In this document: positions 1 to 7,926 of the stretch, in pieces
Layout of the letters: every line of letters begins with the position of its first letter
How positions within the stretch are numbered: the stretch's first letter is position 1
Source: an uncultured virus (IMG/VR IMGVR_UViG_3300022074_000022)
Lineage: Duplodnaviria > Heunggongvirae > Uroviricota > Caudoviricetes
IMG/VR virus record: IMGVR_UViG_3300022074_000022
Length of the DNA stretch: 64,000 nucleotides
Reading direction: 5' to 3' (one strand)
The notes under the pieces: model-generated
Told to the model about the DNA's origin: nothing
The model's database searches: none
What the model saw: the letters and a program-made list of their open reading frames with translations, nothing else
Position numbers and translations under genes: made by a program

Positions 1-112
1 GCGATAGCCCGTCAATTTCTGCCGCATAAGTATAGTGATTACTTTTGCTGGTCTTAACAGTAATCGGCGGGTTATGTTCTTTATTCTTTTTGTTGGCGCG
101 GATGACGTGCTG
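1..112 (+). repeat. 112-bp exact direct repeat, copy 1
   Basis: Identical to 50811-50922; first mismatch at 113 (g vs a); similarity continues to about 137. Confidence 0.95.
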
Positions 113-137
113 GTTTATGTGAATTCGTTTTTTCATG
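1..137 (-). CDS. Conserved small phage protein, N-terminal part (cut by window edge)
   Basis: MKKRIHINQHVIRANKK..., same as 50710-50946; GGAGAAAAC RBS upstream. Confidence 0.75.
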
Positions 138-169
138 TCGTGTTTTCTCCAAAACAGTGAACCAGCAGA

Positions 170-352
170 CTAGGGATAGTAACCGCCCCGGTCAATAGGC
201 TTTATTTTCCCTGCCTGTTCTTTTAGCCAACAGGACGGACAGCGCAGCAGGCCGCTTTCCTCGACCATGGCGGGTTGGCCGCACCTATCGCACTGGTAAT
301 CCGAATTTAGTGTCGTGCGTTTGTCATTTGTCTTGTGTCGAAGTTTTGTCAA
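170..352 (-). CDS. Small double-CxxC zinc-ribbon protein
   Basis: CDRC...CPSC; homolog at 50982-51170. Confidence 0.75.
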   Translation of the reverse strand: MTKLRHKTNDKRTTLNSDYQCDRCGQPAMVEESGLLRCPSCWLKEQAGKIKPIDRGGYYP

Positions 353-531
353 AACTTAGGCTCCCACAGAATTCCGTTGTGTAGCATGTTTGTCAGACGT
401 CGGGCCTCATTGCGTTGTGCGTTTGTCACTGGTTTGTCAGCCCAGTCCATCTCGTCAATCAGCTTTCGTAGCGCAGACAATTTGTCAGCGACACTGACTA
501 GACGGGGATCGTCTTCTGGCTCAACCCACAT
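349..531 (-). CDS. Hypothetical early protein (unit A only)
   Basis: 60-aa ORF overlapping both neighbours in the operon. Confidence 0.6.
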   Translation of the reverse strand: MWVEPEDDPRLVSVADKLSALRKLIDEMDWADKPVTNAQRNEARRLTNMLHNGILWEPKF

Positions 532-691
532 CGTCAGGCTCTCCCGGTTCGGCGTGATCGTATTGCCACTTGAGTTGCAGTTCGTCGTACAGTTCGATCA
601 CTGTTTCGCCGTGCTTGTCAGTGAACTCTTGGCGCGTCATGTACGAGGCGTCTTCTTCCATTTCGATCAGCCAGTCACCTACTTTACCCAT
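521..691 (-). CDS. Conserved 56-aa early protein (not in ORF track)
   Basis: MGKVGDWLIEMEEDASYMTRQEF...; near-identical homolog at 51163-51333. Confidence 0.8.
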   Translation of the reverse strand: MGKVGDWLIEMEEDASYMTRQEFTDKHGETVIELYDELQLKWQYDHAEPGEPDDVG

Positions 692-1010
692 CTCGTGTCC
701 CTACCTTTCGTTCATAGTTTTCAATGTCACCGATCACGTCATCAATCCTGCCATATGCCAAGTCGAGGTCGCTGTCAATGAGGTCGATGTCTTCCAGAGC
801 GTTCTTTGCCTGTGTCAGGAATGCACGAATGACTGTGGTCTGTGTTAGCTTGGTGCGGTACAGTTCGCCACCACCATAACAGTCGGTACAATAATACATC
901 TTGCCAACAAGTTCACCACCTCGTATGGGGTCTGACACGGCCTCCTCACCCTCGATTTTGCCATAGCCACCGCACGTCCAGCAGTGACAAGATTCAACGT
1001 GGTTTTCCAT
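684..1010 (-). CDS. DnaJ-type zinc-finger protein with helical C-terminus
   Basis: CWTCGGYG and CTDCYGGG; homolog at 51326-51652. Confidence 0.8.
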   Translation of the reverse strand: MENHVESCHCWTCGGYGKIEGEEAVSDPIRGGELVGKMYYCTDCYGGGELYRTKLTQTTVIRAFLTQAKNALEDIDLIDSDLDLAYGRIDDVIGDIENYERKVGTRDG

Positions 1011-1159
1011 CAGCAGTAAATCCTTTCCATGATTCCGTTGAAGGCATGGTATAGCAGCCACGCAAAACAAGCCATACAGGCAAGGCGTATCACGTTATCC
1101 ATGAACGGATCTTTCGCTGGGTCAGTCTCCATCCAGCACGTCAGGATTGTCCTAATCAT
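1010..1159 (-). CDS. 49-aa small membrane protein (not in ORF track)
   Basis: MIRTILTCWMETDPAKDPFMDNVIRLACMACFAWLLYHAF...; homolog at 51652-51801. Confidence 0.75.
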   Translation of the reverse strand: MIRTILTCWMETDPAKDPFMDNVIRLACMACFAWLLYHAFNGIMERIYC

Positions 1160-1343
1160 CTCTTTCTCCCGGCCTGTGACCAATGTCGTGGCTAACGTGA
1201 GTAGTCTTCAACTGGCACACTCTGCGGGACATGATGTCGTTCACCTTTTCCCACGCTTGTTTTTCTGAACCAGCGTCAACGTCGATGGTTAGCTTGCCGT
1301 CAAACGGAACGCAAGTCACTTCGATGTAGAAGCGTTTAGTCAT
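1152..1343 (-). CDS. Hypothetical early protein (unit A only)
   Basis: MTKRFYIEVTCVPFDG..., overlaps both neighbours. Confidence 0.6.
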   Translation of the reverse strand: MTKRFYIEVTCVPFDGKLTIDVDAGSEKQAWEKVNDIMSRRVCQLKTTHVSHDIGHRPGERDD

Positions 1344-1617
1344 GCTCACCCCCGTTGCCTCGTCCCAAGCCACCAAAGTAATTCGGCTTACGCTTGGCCG
1401 TCTCGAACACAGCCAGCGTGATAAACACACCAGCCAACAGGATTGCGTGAACCAGTGCGCTGACTCCAAACACGACAATCGATCCCATCCACGATGAAAA
1501 GATAATACACCACATCCATGCCAACACCTGCATGATCATGTGCCGTGTGTTCGTGTCGGGAATGTTAGACAGCGGGTTCTTTGTGCTGTCCATGATAAGG
1601 CTATACACTCTCTTCAT
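1336..1617 (-). CDS. Membrane protein (about 2 TM segments)
   Basis: Hydrophobic QVLAWMWCIIFS...AILLAGVFITLAVF; homolog at 51794-52075. Confidence 0.8.
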   Translation of the reverse strand: MKRVYSLIMDSTKNPLSNIPDTNTRHMIMQVLAWMWCIIFSSWMGSIVVFGVSALVHAILLAGVFITLAVFETAKRKPNYFGGLGRGNGGEHD

Positions 1618-1912
1618 CGTCGTACCCCTCGCCAAACATCCACACTCGCTCTTCGACAACCTGATTCACTTTATGCGGCTCGTAAGGTTTTTGGAAACCC
1701 CACATGTAAGCCTTCACAGCTTTTCGTCTGCCGGTTATAGGGCTGATCGTCATGTCAAAGATTGTCACTGTCAGAAGGTTATCTTGCAACGGCGTGTATG
1801 TCCCAGACTCAATGTTCTTGTCTACATACTCTTCCATCTGTTCCGGTGTACCTAGACCAATGGTAGCCTGTTCGAACTCTGTGCCTTCGTTTAGTACCGC
1901 AAAATAAGGCAT
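1601..1912 (-). CDS. Hypothetical early protein (unit A only)
   Basis: 103-aa ORF with AGGAGAGG RBS, downstream of a promoter. Confidence 0.7.
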   Translation of the reverse strand: MPYFAVLNEGTEFEQATIGLGTPEQMEEYVDKNIESGTYTPLQDNLLTVTIFDMTISPITGRRKAVKAYMWGFQKPYEPHKVNQVVEERVWMFGEGYDDEESV

Positions 1913-1942
1913 GTGCCTCTCCTTTCATTACGTTGTTCATTA

Positions 1943-1972
1943 GCCATACAGGTATGGACTATATCCTGTCAA
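1943..1972 (-). promoter_or_regulatory. Sigma70-like promoter
   Basis: TTGACA-18-TATGGC; unit B equivalent TTGACA-17-TATGGG at 52591-52619. Confidence 0.6.
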
Positions 1973-1975
1973 CAT

Positions 1976-2014
1976 AAAAAAAGAACGGGACCAGCCCGTC
2001 GACCAGTCCCGCTC
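1976..2014 (-). terminator. Rho-independent terminator
   Basis: GAGCGGGACTGG...CTGGTCCCGTTC followed by T7. Confidence 0.8.
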
Positions 2015-2019
2015 ACTTT

Positions 2020-2175
2020 TTTCAGCACCAACAACACAGCGCCTACAGTGTATCTTTTTCAGTGCGTCCGGTAGATACAAACCGGTGGAGAAGGCCCACG
2101 ACACCAGCGGCCCCGCACTTAGTTACCTTACAAGGTATACCTCTGCCTCACCCTTCTTCAGGGATAATCAGAGTC
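2020..2175 (-). ncRNA. Candidate structured RNA (three-way junction plus pseudoknot)
   Basis: P1 AGTGCG/CGCACT, P2 GGGCC/GGCCT, P3 CCGGT/ACCGG; P3 loop TGTATCT is complementary to downstream AGATACA; flanking hairpins; no tracked ORF. Confidence 0.5.
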
Positions 2176-2216
2176 AGGACAAATAAAACAGACCTCAAAT
2201 ATCCGCAATATGATCG

Positions 2217-2486
2217 TCAGGACACCCCGTAAGGTATGCACAGTTTTACTACGACCTCTCGGTACTGGTCAAGCCATTTTTTACAGTCGGCTTCACTTTT
2301 TCCGACGTAAACCGCAGACCACTTCGGATAATCCACACAATGCTTTGATTTCACAGCGTTTCTATTTGTCTCACCGATTCGCACAGAAGAGACCGGGGCT
2401 ACTATCTCATACCGTCCATCTTTCGATGAAACGTAAGGAACAAGATCATTTCCTTTTCGATCTCTAAATAGTTTAATCTTCCTCAT
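2217..2486 (-). CDS. Conserved hypothetical protein
   Basis: Homolog at 52682-52963 (HCVDYPKW...KLCxPY). Confidence 0.8.
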   Translation of the reverse strand: MRKIKLFRDRKGNDLVPYVSSKDGRYEIVAPVSSVRIGETNRNAVKSKHCVDYPKWSAVYVGKSEADCKKWLDQYREVVVKLCIPYGVS

Positions 2487-2673
2487 TCATATCCTCGTCA
2501 AGAACTTCAATGTAGATGTCGATGGCATCACGAATCAGATCAGCCACAGCGACTTGTCCACGATTTGTCTTCTGTAATCTTTCAGAATGAAAGGCTAATC
2601 TGTCGTACTGCTTTGTAGTCATCAACAGATTGTAGGTCTTTGTATCTTCATGAATCTTGGCCGGTCTTGGCAT
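2473..2673 (-). CDS. Ribbon-helix-helix (CopG/Arc-like) DNA-binding protein
   Basis: KTYNLLMT strand plus VADLIRDAIDIY helix; homolog at 52929-53135. Confidence 0.7.
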   Translation of the reverse strand: MPRPAKIHEDTKTYNLLMTTKQYDRLAFHSERLQKTNRGQVAVADLIRDAIDIYIEVLDEDMNEED

Positions 2674-2791
2674 CTCGTATTTCCCTTTTGGCTTCACGTT
2701 CAGATTTATCACGACGTTTGTTGGGAACTATTCTTTTCCCAAACTTAGGTAACTCTTTAGCTATAGGGTTTATTTTATTTATCTTTTTCAT
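2648..2791 (-). CDS. Small basic protein
   Basis: NPIAKEL...KRIVPNKRRDK; homolog at 53113-53253. Confidence 0.7.
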   Translation of the reverse strand: MKKINKINPIAKELPKFGKRIVPNKRRDKSEREAKREIRDAKTGQDS

Positions 2792-2868
2792 AAATAGGTT
2801 TCCCCTATAGGTTACTTTCTCTATTGGGGTAGCTGATTTGTCAACAGCCGTCAAGCGAAAATATTCGT

Positions 2869-2897
2869 TTGACAGAGATTATCTGTGTTGATAACTT
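2869..2897 (+). promoter_or_regulatory. Promoter of replication operon (divergent region)
   Basis: TTGACA-17-TAACTT; unit B TTGACG-17-TAACGT at 53297-53325. Confidence 0.65.
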
Positions 2898-2934
2898 GTC
2901 GCCCTGTCTTTGACAAAGAACACGGAGAAACAAG

Positions 2935-3741
2935 ATGAGTTCACCTAGCTGGCTTCCGGGCCACGTTGAGTCCCTTGACATACCCGCGTGTACCACCGCT
3001 CGCTACGACTGTCCAGCATGCGGAGGAAAGAACACGTTCAGTGTTACGGACGACGGACATCAGCGGAAGTGGTACTGCTTTCACGCTGACTGTAACGTCA
3101 AGGGATATACTGGCGTCACGTTGACAAAAGAGTACGCCAAGCGGGCTTTCAAGACTCCCGTAAAACAGTCTGCCCCTGATTCCCCCAAATCGACAGACTT
3201 TGTGATGCCGGATACTTTTGTTTCGGTAGGTCGCAGTTTGGATGCGGAGCTATATCTTCGCAGGCACGGTATCCACGAAGCGTATCTCTCTGGTGCTGTC
3301 GATCTACGGTGGGATTTCAAGCGAGGACGCATAGTATTTCTTGTAAAGAACAAAGGTAAAGTCGTAGATGCGGCGGGAAGGTTAGTGCATGGAGTTGGAC
3401 CTAAGTGGTATCGTTACGGTAACAGCCGACATCCTTTTCATTGCGGCACACATGATAGTGCCTTTGTTGTGGAAGATTGCGTTTCTGCTTGCGCTGTTAA
3501 TCCAGTGGCGACGGGGGTAGCCCTCTTAGGGACAAACCTACTTCAGGAACATGTGGACTTCTTGTCAAAGTTTGAGCGTGTTTTTGTGGCGTTAGATAAA
3601 GACGCTACAGACAAAGCCATTGATATGGTTCGCGTGTTGATGCCTGCTGTCCCTACAAAGCTTACTGTTCTGCACACTGATCTCAAGAATATCCAAAAGG
3701 ACGAACGATATGACTTCCTACGATCCCAACTCAATCGATAA
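2935..3741 (+). CDS. DNA primase (zinc finger plus TOPRIM)
   Basis: CPACGG...YCFHADC zinc finger; VVEDCVSA and ALDKDA TOPRIM motifs. Confidence 0.9.
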   Translation: MSSPSWLPGHVESLDIPACTTARYDCPACGGKNTFSVTDDGHQRKWYCFHADCNVKGYTGVTLTKEYAKRAFKTPVKQSAPDSPKSTDFVMPDTFVSVGRSLDAELYLRRHGIHEAYLSGAVDLRWDFKRGRIVFLVKNKGKVVDAAGRLVHGVGPKWYRYGNSRHPFHCGTHDSAFVVEDCVSACAVNPVATGVALLGTNLLQEHVDFLSKFERVFVALDKDATDKAIDMVRVLMPAVPTKLTVLHTDLKNIQKDERYDFLRSQLNR

Positions 3742-4939
3742 ACATATTCTAGGCTTCTGTCTCAGTGCGGAGTTCTTTCTACGAGCTTCGAACACTGTGT
3801 CGAGGGACATGTTCACTCGCGAGATGCGTGACGTTTTCGATGCGATATCTTTTTCGCACACAAAGTATGCCAAAGACTTGACCGTTGGAGAACTGTCTAT
3901 TCTCTTCAACGACCGTAATCCTGCCATGCCGGACTCAAGCCGAGAAAAGGCACAGGAGCTAATCAGTCAGTTGGAGTCGGGTAATCCCGAAAACAGTGAC
4001 CTTCATATGGACATGGTCCGAAACTTTTGGCTGCGTGATCGTGCGCGTCAGATCGGGGAGAAGGCCATTGAAATCTTCACAGGAGAAAGTGAAGAGTTTG
4101 GTGAGCTTCGTAAGATGATCGACGCTGTCGAAGATGGTCGAATATCTGACAAGACCACATACAGTGAGGTGAAAGATGATCTCATTGAACTTCTCGACAA
4201 GCACGGTGGAGACAAAGACTTCCCTTTCGAATTCGACCTGATCCACGAGAAGATTGACGGGCTGGATCGGGGAAATCTGGGAATCATCTTCGCTCGTCCC
4301 GAGGTAGGCAAGACCACCTTCTGTTGTTTCCTTGCCGCGTCGTATGTGCGTCAAGGGTTCAAGGTTGTGTATTGGGCCAACGAAGAGCCAGCCGAAAAGA
4401 TTAAGCTGCGTCTTATACAGAGCTACTTTGCCGTCACACGGCAGGAGTTAGAGGATCGGAAGCACGAGCTTACACAGCGGTACACAGACGAGATAGCGCC
4501 GTACTTTCGGATCATGTCTGCCGTGGGTACATCTATGGAAGAGGCTGATGAGTTCATCAAGCTGAATAAACCAGACATCATCTTTATGGATCAGCTTGAC
4601 AAGTTCCGCATCAACGGTGAGTACAATCGTGGTGACGAGCGGCTCAAGGAGACATATGTTCTTGCGCGGGAGATCGCGAAACGTAACAGTGCCCTTGTGT
4701 GGGCTGTCAGCCAAGCGTCAAACGATGCTCACGACCGTCAATTTATTGACTACTCTATGATGGACAACTCCAAGACCGGTAAAGCCGGAGAGGCAGACAT
4801 CATCATAGGTATCGCTAAGACGGGTGGCAGCGACGTTGAGAATACCATGCGCTTTCTTTGTATCTCAAAGAATAAGCTGAACGGATGGCACGGCGCGATT
4901 AACACGCAGATCGATGTCCAGAAGGGGGTGTATTACTGA
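3710..4939 (+). CDS. DnaB-like (SF4) replicative helicase
   Basis: Walker A ARPEVGKTT, IIFMDQ, AVSQA, SKTGKAGEAD, KNK. Confidence 0.93.
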   Translation: MTSYDPNSIDKHILGFCLSAEFFLRASNTVSRDMFTREMRDVFDAISFSHTKYAKDLTVGELSILFNDRNPAMPDSSREKAQELISQLESGNPENSDLHMDMVRNFWLRDRARQIGEKAIEIFTGESEEFGELRKMIDAVEDGRISDKTTYSEVKDDLIELLDKHGGDKDFPFEFDLIHEKIDGLDRGNLGIIFARPEVGKTTFCCFLAASYVRQGFKVVYWANEEPAEKIKLRLIQSYFAVTRQELEDRKHELTQRYTDEIAPYFRIMSAVGTSMEEADEFIKLNKPDIIFMDQLDKFRINGEYNRGDERLKETYVLAREIAKRNSALVWAVSQASNDAHDRQFIDYSMMDNSKTGKAGEADIIIGIAKTGGSDVENTMRFLCISKNKLNGWHGAINTQIDVQKGVYY

Positions 4940-5517
4940 TGTTAAAGGTTTTGACATTTGACGTTGAGACCACTCATGTTGAGAAGAAGGGCGGGGGTTC
5001 GACTCCTTTGCCGTACTTCGGAAACAATCTTGTGTCGATAGGCTACAAGTGGTTAAACAGTGCGGTGGATTACGACTGTTACTATCACTCCACTCAGCCA
5101 GCAGATGACGGTGCCTTCTTTCGGTTCCAGTCTGCACTACATCACGCGGATATTGTGGTAGGTCACAATCTGAAGTTTGACATTAACTGGATTCGCGAGT
5201 GCGGGTTCGTTTACGATGGAGCGTTATATGATACGATGGTTGCGGAGTATATACTCGCCAAGTCCCAAAGTTGGCCTCTTAACCTTGCTTCTATTGCAAG
5301 GAAGTATGGTGGCACCCAAAAGGAGAAGGACCTTGTTTCGGACTATCTCAAAGATGGTTACACGTTCTACGACATCCCGTGGGAGATCGTTCGAGAATAC
5401 GGAATAGCTGATGTTATGGCTACCGAAGAGATAGCCATAGAACAGTTAAAGATATTTGACACTACGTTTGAGGAGATAATCAGTGAGCCTAGTTCCAACA
5501 CTGAAGCTGTCGCTTGA
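4939..5517 (+). CDS. 3'-5' exonuclease subunit of split DNA polymerase A
   Basis: ExoI DVET, ExoII GHNLKFD, DTMV, ExoIII YGIADV. Confidence 0.9.
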   Translation: MLKVLTFDVETTHVEKKGGGSTPLPYFGNNLVSIGYKWLNSAVDYDCYYHSTQPADDGAFFRFQSALHHADIVVGHNLKFDINWIRECGFVYDGALYDTMVAEYILAKSQSWPLNLASIARKYGGTQKEKDLVSDYLKDGYTFYDIPWEIVREYGIADVMATEEIAIEQLKIFDTTFEEIISEPSSNTEAVA

Positions 5518-7018
5518 GATGACAGACACACTCGCTCGCATTGAGCGGGAGGGTATGCGTGTCAATCTTCACACGCTGAACGAGATTGAGGAGCAGTACA
5601 AGCAGGAGCTTGTTGAGGTTGAGGAAGAGTTGAATCTTATGGCCCGTGAGGCTGTGGGTGACTGGCCTATCAGTCTGACGAGTCCGGATCATCGTTCCAT
5701 GCTGATGTACTCTCGTGTGGTCAAAGATAAGAATCAGTGGAAGGCACTGTTCAATCTTGGCAGTGAGTTGCGTGGTGCCACCATGAAGCCGAAACAGCGG
5801 ACTCGCATGTCGGGTAAACAGTTTCGTAAATCAGTGAGCGATAATACCAAGATATTTTACAAAGCCCGTGGCGAACAGTGCCCTGACTGTAAAGGTCAAG
5901 GCCGCTATCATCCGTTGAAAAAGGACGGTACTGTCGGTAAGGCAGTGCGCGTCTGTAAGACTTGCAGCGGCACAGGCGTAGTATATCACAGCACAGGCGA
6001 GGTCGCCGGATTCAAGATGGTCCCACGCAACGTGCGGGACACTGCTGCTGCTGGCTTCAAGACAGACCGCGAGACTCTTGAGGAACGTGCGCTAGAGCTT
6101 TCGGGAAACGCAAAGGTCTTTGCCGAAAAGTACATACGATACAATGCACTACGCACTTACCTTAACACTTTTGTGGAGGGTATAAAAAACAATGTTGACG
6201 ACAATGGTATCATTCATCCTGAGTTCACTCAGTGCGTTACGGCGACGGGTCGTCTTTCGTCTCGCAATCCTAACTTCCAGAATATGCCTCGCGGCAACAC
6301 TTTCGAAATCCGCAAAGTGGTCGAGAGTCGTTTTTACGGTGGAAAGATTATTGAAGGGGACTACTCGCAGCTAGAGTTCCGTGTGGCAGGCTTTCTTGCA
6401 AAAGATGCACAAGCGTACATAGATGTGCGTGAAGGCACTGATGTCCACAACTTCACTGCTTCGGTCATAGGTTGCAGCCGTCAAGAGGCAAAGGCCCACA
6501 CCTTCAAGCCTCTGTATGGTGGCACCAGCGGCACACCAGCCCAGCAGGAATACTACCGTACATTCAAAGAAAAATACGAACAGGTCACTGAGTGGCACGA
6601 GGAGCTACAGAAGCAGGCTGTAGAGAAAAGGGTTATCACCCTACCCTCTGGTCGTCAGTACGCCTTCCCTGACGCTCGTTGGACGAAATATGGTACAGCT
6701 ACGCATCGCACGTCGATATGTAACTACCCCGTTCAAGGATTCGCCACTGCCGACCTTCTTCCTGCCGCACTGGTTTCGCTACAGAAGATGGTTCTGGATG
6801 CGGAGATAAAGAGTGTGATTTGTAACACGGTGCACGATTCGATTGTGATGGACGCGCACCCAGACGAGTTCGATACCTGTGTCGAGTTGATGAAAACTGC
6901 CATGCTTTCACTGCCGTTTGAGACTATGCGTCGTTATGGTGTCTCATATGACATGCCAGTAGGCATTGAAATTAAAGCAGGAAAAAATTGGCTTGACTTG
7001 GAACAGGTATTTGGATAA
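5483..7018 (+). CDS. Family A DNA polymerase subunit with DnaJ-type zinc-finger insert
   Basis: TATGRLSSRNPNFQN, DYSQLEFR, RQEAKAHTFKPLYG, NYPVQG, VHDS; CPDCKGQG and CKTCSGTG; GAGGAG RBS before GTG. Confidence 0.95.
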   Translation: MSLVPTLKLSLEMTDTLARIEREGMRVNLHTLNEIEEQYKQELVEVEEELNLMAREAVGDWPISLTSPDHRSMLMYSRVVKDKNQWKALFNLGSELRGATMKPKQRTRMSGKQFRKSVSDNTKIFYKARGEQCPDCKGQGRYHPLKKDGTVGKAVRVCKTCSGTGVVYHSTGEVAGFKMVPRNVRDTAAAGFKTDRETLEERALELSGNAKVFAEKYIRYNALRTYLNTFVEGIKNNVDDNGIIHPEFTQCVTATGRLSSRNPNFQNMPRGNTFEIRKVVESRFYGGKIIEGDYSQLEFRVAGFLAKDAQAYIDVREGTDVHNFTASVIGCSRQEAKAHTFKPLYGGTSGTPAQQEYYRTFKEKYEQVTEWHEELQKQAVEKRVITLPSGRQYAFPDARWTKYGTATHRTSICNYPVQGFATADLLPAALVSLQKMVLDAEIKSVICNTVHDSIVMDAHPDEFDTCVELMKTAMLSLPFETMRRYGVSYDMPVGIEIKAGKNWLDLEQVFG

Positions 7019-7021
7019 GAT
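6993..7021 (+). promoter_or_regulatory. Internal promoter for SSB
   Basis: TTGACT-17-TAAGAT; identical hexamers in unit B at 57680-57708. Confidence 0.7.
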
Positions 7022-7056
7022 CAATCTACCACCTGACGAAAAGGAGTTTTAGGATC

Positions 7057-7926
7057 ATGGATGGGACAGACGTAATGGAAGTTGAAGACTTCGGTGCAAT
7101 GGCTACGGCGTTTCGTAACGACGAAGTAGAGGCACTCATGAAAATGACTGGACAGAATGCTGTCCAAAAAGAAAAGGTTGGTCTTCCTCGCCTTAACATT
7201 AACTACGATACCGAAACAGACGACGGCAAGCCGTTGGCTCGCGGTACTTGGAAGATGTATCATGAGGGTAGGTTTATTTACTCAGACAATGTGTCGGTTC
7301 GACCTCTTTTGCGGACTTACGAGTACAGTCTGTGGGACGCAGAGCTTAACGAGGGCCGTGGTGGCTTTGCCGCTAAGTCGGTTCAAAAGACCTCGTTTGG
7401 CGGGACGTTCCCGGATAGCTCGGGAGGCAATAAGTGTGGTCGCCTGACTCGCGATGAAGAGAACGCTTTGGATAAAGATGATCCCGCGTATCTTAACTCT
7501 CGCGCAGTTGTCTGTAATCAGGTCATCTACGGACGCATCTCTGGTGTGTTCAAAGACGCAGAGGGTGTCAAAGTTGAAGTGGCAGAAGAACCAATGATCG
7601 CTTACTTTAAGCGTTCTGGGTTCAAGCCCATCGCAGAATTTATCGATGGCCTGACGAAAAAGAATAAGCTCATGGCACAGTGTGTCATGGACTTGTCTAC
7701 CGCCAAAAATAAGAAGGGCAGCGTGACCTACTGGACTCCAGTTCCTTCTATGGGCGGTACTGTCGCTATCTCAGATAGTGATAAAGACCTCTTTACTCTT
7801 TTTGCGGAGACAGTAAAGGGTCATAATGACAGCGTGATGGCTGATCACCGTGAAGCTTTGAAGTCGATGTCCTCAGATGAAGATGTCGATCTCGCAGCGG
7901 AGTTTGGTGATGCTGACGCTGCTTAA
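7057..7926 (+). CDS. Putative single-stranded DNA-binding protein
   Basis: Position after PolA, acidic C-terminus, homolog at 57743-58615. Confidence 0.6.
   Translation: MDGTDVMEVEDFGAMATAFRNDEVEALMKMTGQNAVQKEKVGLPRLNINYDTETDDGKPLARGTWKMYHEGRFIYSDNVSVRPLLRTYEYSLWDAELNEGRGGFAAKSVQKTSFGGTFPDSSGGNKCGRLTRDEENALDKDDPAYLNSRAVVCNQVIYGRISGVFKDAEGVKVEVAEEPMIAYFKRSGFKPIAEFIDGLTKKNKLMAQCVMDLSTAKNKKGSVTYWTPVPSMGGTVAISDSDKDLFTLFAETVKGHNDSVMADHREALKSMSSDEDVDLAAEFGDADAA

Noticed and set aside
2060..2120. tRNA/tmRNA fragment (GGGGCC...CTCCACC) or HDV-like/hammerhead ribozyme
   Set aside because: No T-arm or CCA end; HDV P1.1 and hammerhead CUGANGA/GAAA cores could not be built
5483..5517. Polymerase pseudogene or sequencing frameshift
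   Set aside because: Same break with its own RBS in the diverged unit B; catalytic motifs intact
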